A DNA stretch of 63,964 nucleotides, filler included, from Choristocarpus tenellus KU-1152 (Eukaryota > Protista > Phaeophyceae): NCBI GenBank assembly GCA_964200185.2. It is 12 parts of 12 records of this genome, joined end to end, with 100 filler letters (N's around TTAATTAATTAA, not from the genome) between each part and the next. Parts side by side here need not be neighbours in the genome. Positions count along the whole stretch, not along the records: positions 10,674 to 17,030 come from CAXNAD020008312.1; positions 17,131 to 31,196 come from CAXNAD020001286.1; 10 more parts are not named here. One strand, 5' to 3'. Shown piece after piece: positions 11,359-23,491 of this stretch. The first letter of the stretch is position 1. Every line of letters begins with the position of its first letter. The notes below the pieces were generated by a model that was given only the letters and a program-made list of their open reading frames with translations, did no database searches and was not told the origin of the DNA. A program made the position numbers and the translations under genes.

Positions 11359-14300
11359 CACTCTCTCTTGCCCGACATCGTCTTTAGTGGAAACATACAG
11401 TACATCCAGGTTAGCTGACCATGGCCTCACCTATAGCTGAGTCTTATTGCATTTGTTTTTTCCTGGTGCTCTCTCCGTTCTGTCTTATGACATTTACCTG
11501 ATGATCTGTTTGCCTGTTTGCCAACGGTTCACAGACCCACAGTGAAGCTGATAGAGCCAGTAAGGCCCTCCTAGCTGCTCAGCCGCATGCCCTGGGATTC
11601 GATCTCGAATGGGTTGTATCCTTCGTGCCAGGCGAGGTACGGCAAAGATAATGGGTAGAGATTGCGAGGGAGTCGATTTCGTGCTTCCACTATAATCAAC
11701 ATATGGTAGTAAAGGGGGGTGCTTTCATATGAAAGTGAAAGGTTGCTCAATGTTGTAAGCATTCATCAATTATGCCTATCCGTCACAATAGGGGCTCCAT
11801 CATTCCCTTGTCCCCCTACCTCGAAATGTTTTCCTGATGTTGTTGTACTCCATAGCCCCCCCGCAGGACCGCAACCCTCCAGCTGTGTGCTCCTGAACGC
11901 CCTGCAGACAAGGAGGAGTCTAACGTATGGGGCACCGCATTTATCTTTCATCTTTCTCACATGATCTGCAATCCACCTCTTGCCAGCAAAGACCCAAGGG
12001 GTTTAGCGATGAAGATACCCCCTTTTCTGCCAGAGTCGCTGGTGCAGGTGCTTGTTGATCCTTCAATTCTTTTGCCAGGTGTCAATGTTAGGGGGGATAT
12101 CGCCCGCCTCGAGAGAGAGTACGTGCAGCTAAGGGAGAAAGGGGGTATTGATGGCGCTACTGACCTATCTGAAATGGCCAGGCTCAAGGTGATATCCATT
12201 GTCATCAACATTGAGAACAACAATCGACGTTAATATTAGGTTGTAAGTTTGGGACTGTTTTGCAGTTGTCTCGATGTTGTTCAAGTGGGTGCTACTGTAG
12301 ACAATGCACTTTGGTGCAGTGATTAGCAGGTGCATGAGTTTTTTTTTCTTGCTGCAATTGCTTCTATTGTGTTGTAGGTTGATGTTTCTGTTGCTTTTTT
12401 TGGCCTCGTTTATTTGTTTCTACCATCTGTTCAACCAGTAGTGTTTATCACTTTGAGACTATGTTTCCCAGTTCACAACTCACCAACTTGATGACCTGCT
12501 TCTATGATTGTATGCAACATCAGAAGGAAGGCATCCAACACCTGTTTAGTAAGATATGCACTCCCCTCTCATCCTTGAATGCGATATCAAGACATTCCTG
12601 TAGATGCCAAACCATTCATAGTTCAGCTGCTGTACCACTCAGCTACTCTGGCTTCTCCAATATTTCAATACATCTTACCATTTTCTGTGCAATTTTGTAA
12701 CTTTCTGTTCACTTGGTGGTCTTTCATATTCTGAATGCAAAGAATCAATTATAGATATTACTACACAGATTTTGTGATCTCTTTGCATGCCCTTGTGCAA
12801 ACATCAGAATCCCTCCATCTCTCTAGGTAACCCGGGACAGGAGGAAACATCGAGGCACATGGTCCATGGTCGATCTTTGTGCTGAGGTCCTTTGTCGCAA
12901 TCTACCCAAACCAATAGAAATCAGGCGTAGCAACTGGGAGAAGCGACCACTATCTGTGGATCAGTTGTGCTATGCAGCAACAGATGCCTTTGTTGGCTTG
13001 CACCTGCTACAGGTTGGAGGATGGGCATAAATCTTGTCGCTGCCCCCCCATTGCTTGTCTTCTTGGTATCCACTACTCTTATAGAACAGGGTAGTTCAAT
13101 CTAGGTCTATGATTGTGGTGTCTTGTGCTATGTTTTCTACCATGCTCTATGAAGTACAGTACATGAAGTGATTGGGAGCTTGCAAGGGTTACTTTGCTGC
13201 TACTACTATTATAGTGTGCTGCCCTCCTCCACCCTTCCCCTAGTCCCCAGTCTACCTCAATAAGGCCCATCTGAACTATACCCTGCAGCTTGGTGCTGCT
13301 TGTCATGTATCTAGCCTGATGGTTACCCCTTCATTTCTAAATTGCAGGTCTTGGAGTCCATGCCCAACCTTGTAGTGGCCCCGTGTGACAGTCCATGCAC
13401 AGTCACCTCTTTATCTATGAGTGAAGGTACAGGGGCAGTGGCTAGTGGATTTTTGACAGGAGTCGGTGACTCCATGGCAGGAGACGGAAGTAAAACGGTT
13501 GATTTTAATGGTGGCTCGACCTTTGGGAGAGCAGCAAGTGGGTGCAGATGTGCAGGTTCCGCAGGTGATGGAAAGAGAGAGCAACAAAGACTTGCTGTTC
13601 TTGCAGGTTTGCTCCAACTAACTGGTTTGTGGCACCTCATGTTAATCTATCTTTTCAAAGTAAGCCTTTGGGAATTGTATGTGGCACATGTGTGTGTGTT
13701 TGTTTGACCTTAACAACCATGAGCAGCTTACCATCCTCTATGAAGTAGGAACTGATTTCGTAAGAGCATGGCTCCCTGGTATATTTTGTAGTGAGGAATT
13801 TTCATGGAAAGCCTTGTCAAGCCTTGTCCTTCCAATTTTCTCTTTGGTGAGACCATTGTCCAGGACAGAGAAAGAGGGTGACCAGGTTGCTCCCAGCCAA
13901 GATTGAAGTGCATCACCTGTGGCATGGGAAAGGCCTTTCAATGGAATCCATTGCAAAGGCTCGGGGTGTTAAACTCAACACTGTACGTGAATACCTTGCT
14001 GGTGAGGGTACATAGTATCCTTTAGAAGGAAATTGAGTTGGATGGGGAAGTCGATATTTTAGTCTACGTACAGAAATGGAATTTGCTACTGATTTATTTT
14101 TTTTGCTTTTAGCTGAGGACTCATTACAACTAACACTATCATAGTGTTGAGGTTGAGGTCAAGATCAGGATGGGGTATGGGTACTTTGAATATCTCCTTT
14201 CTGTAGGCACTCTTTCCCACGCTTGTGTGATTCATTTTTTTGGTTAGGGGAGAGAGAAGGGGGAACCTTTCCTTCATGCGTATCTACAACAACCACAAAT

Positions 14301-15948
14301 AGCGTTCGATTGGTCGGCTTTTATTGGTGATCAAAGCACGTCCTGCCTGGTCAGAAATCTCTATTATTCCTGAGTCGAAGTATCTTAGAGGGTAGAGCCG
14401 CATCCGTTTGGGGGCAAAAATCCAATGTTGCGATTTTGATGTAATTTTGGTTATCGTGTCTGTCAGGAAGTAACAAAATATCCTTGTTCCAGACACACCT
14501 TTTCGTAAGGTATACATTTTATCTACTCCGAAACATTTTGGAGTAGAGCCATAGTATCTTAGAGGGTAGAGCCGCGTCCATTTGGGGGTCAAAATCTAAT
14601 GTTGTGATTTTGATGTAATAATTGGTATTGTTTTTGTTAGGAAGTGTCAATATCCATGTTCTGGACACACCTTTTCAATACGTATACAATTTACTTACTC
14701 CTAAACATTTTGGAGTAGGAAAATGTCATTAAAAACCCCTCGGAAAGCCAAGTCCCAAATGGACAAACAGGACAAAACTCGTACCCTCTAAGATACTTTC
14801 ACTCAGTAGGAAAATCTAATAAAAAACCTCGTGGGAAGCCAAGCCCCAAATGGACAAACAGGACAAAACTCGTACCTTCTAAGATACTTTCACTCGGAAG
14901 CATTGTAAGGGGTATTTTCTTTTGTCTGATCAGGTAAGGCAATGCTCTTCCTGGAGATGTCGAATGTGGCAATGAACAATTTTGTTTGGTTCTCAGAATG
15001 TTGCCTCTACCGCACTCTAAATGTGCTTTATAACCTTTAACCCTTCCCTCCACCCATGTCCTGGCTATCTGCCAATGTGAAAACGTCGCAAAAGACTGCA
15101 TTGAAGTTGGTTTACCTTTCAGGTGGGATCGGTTGGGGATTGATTCTGAAATGGAATCTCTCATTGTACAGGCCTTACACTCAGTTGTGAACAATGAGAA
15201 AATGGCAACGAGAGCATCAGAATCGGGGCAACTGATTCCAGAGACAAGCAAAGCCATTGAAGGAGTACTGTCAGTTGAGACGGTTCTGGTGGTGGACGAA
15301 GATGCTGCAGGAAAAAATAGGCATTCGATGGAAAATGCAGTGACAACAAAACTAAGTGAAGAAACATTGACCAAGACTACACCAGGAGGCAACCAGTGCT
15401 GTAAGAATTACATGCCTGTTGAGGATAGCCACGCAATACAACCTTTTGTTAATGATGTGTCCAAATGTGTTGTCGTGGGCAGGGGGGTGGATGGGTGTGT
15501 CATCTCCTCTTGGAATGGAAGGGAGGAGGGAAAAGGTAGTAAGGGAGTGATGCAGGACTTGGGGATGGTAGAGGGAGGAGGGAGAAGAGAACAAGGGAAC
15601 AGTACTGGCACTGAGGAAAGTCGTGTGACTGATGGCGTTGGACTGGGACATGATTGTGGGGAGTTGGTATCTAGATATGGATTGCATGTGAAGGATATGG
15701 TTCATGAGTGCTCTAGTGGTGTACTGGCAGCCGTGGGAGAGGCAGTGGATCCAGGGCAAGTAGAGTACAAGCACCTGTGGAAGTATGTTCGACTCAAAGC
15801 GATAAAGCAACGACTACCAGAAAGGGTTGAATATTGGATGATTAAGACTGTTCTCGCGAGGCTCAAATCCCTATGGCAAGGTACTCTGTGTTGCTGTGAT
15901 GGTAGTGGCAACTGTTGTGATGATGATGTCAGTGAAGAGACTAGATAG
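10963..15948 (+). CDS. WRN-like DEDDy 3'-5' exonuclease with C-terminal HTH_40-type domain; 7 exons, about 772 aa
   Basis: Exons 10963-11409, 11535-11636, 11856-12188, 12827-13012, 13348-13606, 13864-14001, 15095-15948, all GT-AG and phase-consistent. ExoI LGFDLEW, TATLQLC, AFIFHLSHM, ExoII GVNVRGD, SNWEKRPLSVDQLC, ExoIII YAATDA; HTH segments LWHGKGLSMESIAKARGVKLNTVREYL and LKAIKQRLPERVEYWMIKTVLA. Confidence 0.88.
14372..14895. mobile_element. MITE, long subfamily, with internal tandem duplications of both ends, in intron 6 of the exonuclease gene
   Basis: Left end GAGTCGAAGTATCTTAGAGGGTAG repeated at about 14553; right end GTACC(C/T)TCTAAGATACTTTCACTC at 14781-14804 and again ending at 14895; homologous to 26223-26479. 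Confidence 0.8.
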
Positions 15949-17153
15949 GGTATTCTTCGTGAAGATGGCAAATGTCTCCTGTACCAGTGTGAGCAGAAGT
16001 AGTGATGATGGCAAGATTCTCTGTATAGGAAGTCAATGCAATATGCTGAGCTCTTAATAGAGTAGGAAATGATGGAAGGGTCACACAGGCAGGGAGGAGT
16101 TTGTCTGCTTGCTGTGACTTATGCACTTGTTGTGTCTCCATCTAGAGAGCTGGAGCACATTGACTGGATTGAGACTGTCTCGGGGATGAAAATAGACTAG
16201 ATTTCCTATTTTCGCCGAGATGAGATGAAGAATCGAAGGATGGAGCAGTTACTGCATGTAGTGATTGGTGCTTGATCTTTGAGGCCGTCCAGATTGGATG
16301 TGTGTAAACAACCCCTCATGAGGGATAGTCCATGCTGCCAGTTTGTGTCTTAACCTTGGTAGTCTAGCTCATACTGCATATTATGGAAGAGACTAATAGG
16401 TAGGCGTATGATCATAACGTTTGCATTTCTTGCTTGAATCGGATAAAATATGTGTGAGGTGAAAGCTGAGGGCAGCGGGCATCTGGTCGTATTGCACGAA
16501 ACCGAAATACTTCGAAGCAGTATGGTTGTGGTCTCACAACTGGGGTGCCATGCAAAGTGCTAGTGGAGTACTACTTCATATGTATTCTGCTCATCCCATC
16601 CACCAAATTGTGTTCACTCCCCACCTAATTCTCCCCTCTTGGTGTATCGTATGTTTCTGCACTTGGTTCTACTAATGATTTGTGTAGAACACTCAACCCC
16701 ATCCTGTCTCAGTGTAAACTCCTATTATATATCTACGTAGTGCTTTCAACACTGCCAAGCAAGGTTGTGATTGTTGGGTGGAATCAAATGGCAAGTCTCT
16801 CTGATATTATATGGATATTGATGAGATGTTTGAACTTGCTCAAGAGTAGATAGATGCTGTTGCTTATTCTCCTGAGGCTCTTCTTTCTGCAATGTAGCAA
16901 TCCAAAGCACTATGTACTTGCTATTATTCGCTTGCTCAACTACAGTATAGGCCTACACTCATTTGATATCCTCAGCACATAACAGAGGATTTTCAAAATT
17001 GAGGATGGAGCGGGGCTATGAGGATGGTTGNNNNNNNNNNNNNNNNNNNNNNNNNNNNNNNNNNNNNNNNNNNNTTAATTAATTAANNNNNNNNNNNNNN
17101 NNNNNNNNNNNNNNNNNNNNNNNNNNNNNNCGTATTCTCTCCTTTTTTTGCAG

Positions 17154-20100
17154 GACGTGGACGAGCTCCTAGCCACAATCGTCCGAAGGGGACCTGGTGG
17201 AACCTTACCCGCTGGAAGTAGATCTATTAGCTCTGTGGCAGGAAAAGGGAATCCTAGGGGTACTTCCTCTAGTGCCGCGGCAAATGGATTGGCACAGGCG
17301 GCCTCCCGAGCATCGCCTGGGGGGTCAAAGGCCAATGCGGCCGGCTCTGGGGGTGGGGCGGGCGCTGCGCGAGGTGTGCCAGATGATAGACCCAGGCTTC
17401 GATGGGACCAATCGAATGAAGAGGTCGAAATATTCGTCAGAGTTGAGCCTGGTGAGTGTCATCGTCTTCTTGCTCATGCGTTGGGTATTAGAGGAGGGGG
17501 ACTTGAAACAGCAAAAGAAGACACTTAGTTCAACTCAAATTTTAGTAGCGTTTTCAAGGTCCCATAGTGCTACATCGTTAATTGTTTGCATCATAGCTAT
17601 CTTCAAGTTTTTGGAATTCTTTTTTCACCAGAACTAGGGTACCCTCACCTTGCTGTGATAGATACTACACCCTGTCCTGACTGATGGGCTGCGCTCTTCA
17701 TGTAATGTTAGGACAGATGATCTGAACAACTCTAAAGTCTGTTGTGTTACGTGACAATCAGTAATGTAATCCCCAGCAACTGTCCACAGGCTGTGCAGTA
17801 AGAATAAATTTTCTCTATTCCCCCCCCCCCTACCGCATGGCGCTTCATATGCTCTCTGCACTTCAAGATGTGAAGAGGACAGATGTACAGGTGGAGGTCA
17901 CCCGGACTGTCCTCAAGCTCACCATCCGTGGGAAGATAGTCATTGCGGTGAGTACCCCACGCTAAGTCCCCTCAAATGCATGCATCCTATAGTGGCAAGA
18001 GTGCTTCAAGCCCTTCTCATCGATTACTGTACCACAGCCTCAAGCTCCTGTAGTGTCTGGCTTGTGTGCTATGCTTGGACTCTGTGTAGGATGTAATCCT
18101 CCTCTGCATGAACAAGAAGTCTTGATTTAAACAGGGAAAAGGCATCTGACTTTATTTAGTACCAGATTGTGTATGTTATTTTACAACTGGTGGCAGTGGG
18201 TACAAAACCCGTACTTCAAGGGATAATGACAAGCCTTCAGCTCTGGAGCCTTGAGATTTTCCTTATTTTATTTCATGATTTCTTATAATGGAAACATACT
18301 CATCGCACCACCCCCTCCATCTTGCGGCCCCTTTCAACTTTTCCCTCCGGCCACACCATTTGGCAATTCTCCAAAATGTATGTCTCAGGGTCTGCTGTAC
18401 AAAGATGTGGACCCGGATGGGTGTACATGGCTGATTGGTGAGCTCAATTTATTAGTTGTGGTCGTGGATTAATCTTGCAGGATGAAGGTCTGTATCTTAA
18501 TGCTCCAATTCTGCATATGCTGTAATAGAAATGAATGAGGGTTGTATGTTTTTGTAGACTAGAAACATATGTCAATTCTCACAGCTTGTAGTCATGGAGC
18601 CAGTTTTGAGAGTTGGACATGGCAGGTGGATTCAAGTCTATGAGATGGGATGGTAGACCTGTGAGACGATGCTTCAGTGTTGAAGTTGTCATGCTTCAGT
18701 TAGAAGCGACAGTCTCACCACCCTATACCTCCTTAACAGAGGGCAACAGGTTGGGCCAAAAGGAGGTGCTTATCACCCTCCTCAAGGCTCAGCCGACAAA
18801 TCGCAACGATTACTGGCGTGCCCCACTCAAGATACCAGATAATGGAAGGGTAGAGGCAGGGGCTGGAGGGCGAGCAGCTGCTGCTGCTGGAGCAAGTGCT
18901 CCGTCAAAGGTTCCAGCGGATCCAGACATGGTGAGAAAGGATAGGGCAGTAGTATTATTACGTGAGCATAGGTATGTGGGGGTAGGGCAGGGAGAGATGC
19001 AGGTGCTTAATAGTGAGGGGCAGGGCAACTCAGAGAGTTAAGGAGCTCATCAATTTTTTAGATTTGAGAGGGTACACCTTGAACTTTTTTGTTTAATGGA
19101 AAAAGTGCGGGGGTGGGAGGGTACAGGGGATCAGATATTTCAGCTCTCTGATACCTTCCTGAGAAGACAAATTAATCAGTTTTATGTTTAGTATTGGATT
19201 GGGAGAGTGTTACGTTTATCTAGTCCTTAAGTTCTGCTGTAGACATTTTTGTAGTGGATGGAGTTGAATTATTTGCTGAAGCTACACTTTTCTATGTTGA
19301 ACACAGTTATCAATTTAAGATGAGCCATACTTCGGCGCAGAATTTTCTTTCTCGTTTGTCTTGTTTCTGTGTGTTCTAGTTCTTATTCTTCACCTATTTC
19401 CTCCCATCCACGTGGGATGAGAGTCCCGCTTCACTGGCATCTAATGACAAGACAATTTTTGCATATATCTATTGTTTGATGTGGTGCAAGTTGGTTCTCT
19501 TTCTACACCTTTTGTCCTCCTATCCATTTCCGATGAAATTCTCGCTTCACTTCAGGTATCTAATGGCAAACCTTCCACTATAATTATATATATATTTTTC
19601 GCTATGACTTCTTACCTACACTTACTACAAGTGCCCATTGCAAGCTCTCATAGTTGTATTCACCATGCTATCTTTGCTCCTCAAGATTTTCTGTGTGTGC
19701 CCTGTGTTATTCCAGGAGGTGGCATGATTTGTGCTACAACATAGAGTTGAAGTTCTTGTGAGTGAGTTCCCTTATTTTGTGAAGGAGACTTGTCTTCACA
19801 GTCGAAATTCACGTTTGAATTTGAAACAATTCCAACGTTTTCAAATCAAACAAGCTGGTCATACAGTGTACTGTATGACCCACACCTCCCATCCCATTAC
19901 TTTTTTGGTTTTGTTCTTGCGCATTTTAGTTTTTGCCCACAAATGTTTTCTACAATCCTTGCATCAAAGTGGATTCACCCTGTCCCCCCACCCTGTCCTA
20001 CTATCCTCATCGACTTCTTCCTAAAAGGTGAGGCGGGCCATTGAGGCGATCAGGGCCAAAAAGGCTGTAGGGGAGCAGAAAGCTACCCCTGCTGCTGTTG

Positions 20101-20297
20101 CAAATGCAGTAAAGGCGAGTAAAACAGGGTTGGCAACACGATCTGCGGCTGCACCTGCACCAGGGGCGGCTGGGGCGGCTGGGGCGGCTGGGGCGACAGG
20201 AACGACAACATCTGATGCCCCTGCTCCGCCTGCAGTGACATCTACTAAGACATCTACCAAGTCTAAGGGGGGAAAGAAGGGAAGGAAGAAGAAGTGA
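17154..20297 (+). CDS. CS (p23/NudC-like, HSP20-fold) domain protein, 5'-partial
   Basis: Exons 17154-17451, 17868-17947, 18389-18437, 18740-18930, 20028-20297, phase-consistent GT-AG; spliced WDQSNEEVEIFVRV-EPDVKRTDVQVEV-..LKLTIRGKIVIAGLLYKDVDPDGCTWLIE..VLITLLKA..DYW; Ala-rich, Lys-rich tail. Confidence 0.85.
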
Positions 20298-22380
20298 GCT
20301 GGGTTCCAGGCCTGTCTTGGTTGTGGGGCTGTTTTTCTTTTTTCCTGGTCGATGGTTGAAGCAGCTTTTGTTGTTGGGGTGTGTGTGTGTGTGAAAGGGG
20401 AGGTAGAGTGAAGGTCTTTCGAATGAATAGTGCAATTGGTGTGTGGGTTGAGATGGAGAACAGAGGAGTGTCTGCAATAGGGGTTGATGGGTTGTGGGTT
20501 GCATAAGGGTATGCGCATGTCTGTACTTGTAAGGTTGGTGCAGTTGTTGGGTTGAAGCAAAGCTACTGCTTCACGATTTGAGAGGGACCTGGTGACCCCC
20601 CTGAGATGTTGCCCTCGATTTGTGGTTGCGATATGGGGAGTTAAAGAAATCTCCTGCAATCAGCCCCTCTGATTTTTTTCCGGAATTAGAGCAGGGCATG
20701 CCTTGAGGTTTCTTTAGATATCCTCTGATATTCCTGGAGGTATTGGACTGGAATTTTTGGAATGGTTTCTGTTGGAGATTTCCATGAGGGAAAGGATTGT
20801 TTGGGGGTGAAGAGGTGAGGGCCAGATGTAACGATGGGAAGATGGGTGGGTTTGTGGACGTTGATCTTGTTGTCAGTAGGTCTGAGGTCGGCAGAATAAG
20901 AGGCAGTGGGGGGAGGGGAGAGGACGAGGAGACAAAGTGGTGTCTTCTACACGCTTAATGACTGTTGTTGGGGAGAGCCTGTTGGACATTCTAGACTTGG
21001 AAGGTGAAGGTTGCTGTGAATGATTTGGGCTACACAAAGGACAAGCTGAAAGGAAGAGGGGATGCTTGATTGAGTCTATGGAGAGTGAGTTGTGTGAGAG
21101 CAGGATGGACCAGTAATGTCGACTGGAAAGCAGAGGAGATTGTGTTGGGCATGCGTGGAGATGACAATAATAACACATGGTAGGCGGGACCAATCAGTCT
21201 TTGTATTAGACTTCTGGTCTCTGTATGGTAGCACCTTTGTGTGGCATGCGGATTTTGTGGCCAAATCTGGTAGAGGTGGTCAATTTTTGTCAACATGTGC
21301 ACAAGGATGATTGGAACTGAGTGTTTCACATGTGTTGTGTGTATTTCTCCACCTTTTTGTTTGTTGAGAGTGCTATTATTGATGTGCACTTGTCTGTGTG
21401 GCACTAATGGGAGAAATGCAAGAGCATAGATCTAATGGGTCAACCTCACGGCATTGTGCAAGATTCGTTTTTGATTTTTTCAATGAAGGGGGGGGGGGGA
21501 CAGATATAGAGGGGAGGGGAAGGTGCTGAGGAAGTTGCATTAAGGACATACCGCCTTCCCTGTTGTGTGGTTGACCAATGGTAGTGCAAGCGTGTCATGG
21601 TTGGTCAAGTCGCCGCTGTTCCTGTAGCGATAGTCTGTCTTTGGTCCATTAAGTGGGTTGGGTTGGTGGCCGTGACTAGTTGACACTGAATATAGTATGG
21701 TTCAGGGATGTTTTTTACAGGCCAAGGAGGATGTGCAGTTCTTGGAGAAGGCCCCGTCACAGAGGTACAGATTTGGGTGGTCATTTGCTGCTTTTTGGTG
21801 GTGTAACGGTCTCCATGTCGAGGCGGAGGAAGTATAGTTACGACTGCGTAGCTTAAAATGGTGCCAGGCTTGGATAGGGGAAGGGGGACTGAATGTGCAT
21901 AAAACGGTTCGACCTCGATCTTTGTTGCTGATGCATCAAGTGTGCACATAGTGTGGTTAAGCATCAACGTAGTAATGTAGCATCAAGCATGAGCAAGCAA
22001 AGCATGTTGCTCCCCCTACCCCCCACTCCTTCCTCATGGTGAGGCACAGGATGCATTAACCCTAACCCTAACACATTTGAATGAACGTGGCACTTGCTAC
22101 TGATGACCTCACAGCTCGGAGGCCTTCCATGGTACATTGCCCCATGTATGCTGTTGTCCGTGCTGTTCTGCTGGCTGCCCTGCCCACCTCCCTTGGCAAA
22201 TTGCATCAAGTTGCAGGGATAGTACTTACGATGCCTGCAATGTAATTTGTAGATTTTACAACCATTGCCACTGCTAAAACAAACACCTTGAACTGACGTC
22301 AAGGTTAGACGCAGTCTTAAGCAGAAAGATGTTTGGAGGAAGTAAAACATATTTGGACAATGAGAAGGCTGAATCAATTG

Positions 22381-22778
22381 TAATCCATTTTGAACACTTT
22401 TTATTTGGAATTATTCTTGAAAAAGGGTTTTAAAAAGAATCCCTGCTGAGACTGAGCCTTACCACATACACATTGTCTGCTATGGAGCGATATGAAGGGG
22501 ACTCTGGTCACTGATAATCCATTTTGAATACTTTTTATTTGGAATTGTTCTTTAAAAGTTGAAAAAAAAATCCTGCTGAGACTGAGCCTTACCACATACA
22601 CATTGTATGCTATGGAACGATATGAAGGGGACTCTGGTCACTGATAATCCATTTTGAACACTTCTTACTTGGATTAGGTCTTAAAAAAGGTTTTAAAAAA
22701 GAATTCCAGCTGAGAATAAGCCTTACCACATACACATTGTATGCTCTGGAGCGATATGAAGGGTACTCTAGTCACTGA
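22381..22778. repeat. Tandem repeat, 3 units of 130-134 bp
   Basis: Units at 22381, 22515 and 22645, each TAATCCATTTTGAA...GCCTTACCACATACACATTGT...GATATGAAGGG.ACTCT.GTCACTGA. Confidence 0.92.
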
Positions 22779-23491
22779 GTGTACGGATTATTTGTTACGT
22801 AAGCAGTTTCGGTGCGGATGACATCCTTATATTTCAAGGTGCTGTGTGAGAGAGCTGTATTGTGGACGTACAGGTGTGTTTGTTCCTTACCAGAGGGAGG
22901 AAATTGACCTAATGATGTTGATTGGAAGCCCATAATCATGGATGATCATGTTGGAGGGTGTGCTTCAATTCATCTTGAGACGATGATGGAAAGGACAGTA
23001 CAGCTTGACAAAGTTTTCTGGTACCTGTGATGCATTAAACATGTGCCCAGATTATTGACATGGGCAGACTATGAATCCTTAGTAATCAGAACATCATCTA
23101 GTGTCGAGACACTCACTTGGAGTAAAACCTTTCCTGATGAGATCTTTTTTTATTCTCCTAGTATCAATACGTCATTAAATCACTAGTGCATGCGCTACAT
23201 CTACACTACATGCTCTCCAGAGGAAGTGCAGCAACGGCATGGCACTCCAGAACTAAAAAAACTGTGATGATGAGGAGACCATTTTATGCGCCGATTGCAA
23301 AAGCCTACCATTTTCCAATAAAGAGAGTGGGGGGAGGAACGGAACAACACCGGAAAATTGTCCGTTTTTGACAAAACTATTCAAGCTAAAAGACAAACGC
23401 TTTGCCCCCCCTACTATATTACAGTGACGGAACACTTCTCACCGTAAATACCTGCCCTGGGCCCTCCCTATCGCTTTGCTTCATACTACCT

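Noticed and set aside
20007-20659. Minus-strand ORFs of 165 and 212 aa
   Set aside because: Antisense shadows of the GC-rich last exon and 3' UTR of the CS-domain gene
22381-22778. Possible CRISPR-like array, or a link to the 132-bp exon repeat at 10963
   Set aside because: Contiguous tandem units without spacers, and no sequence similarity to the exon repeat; the similar length looks coincidental
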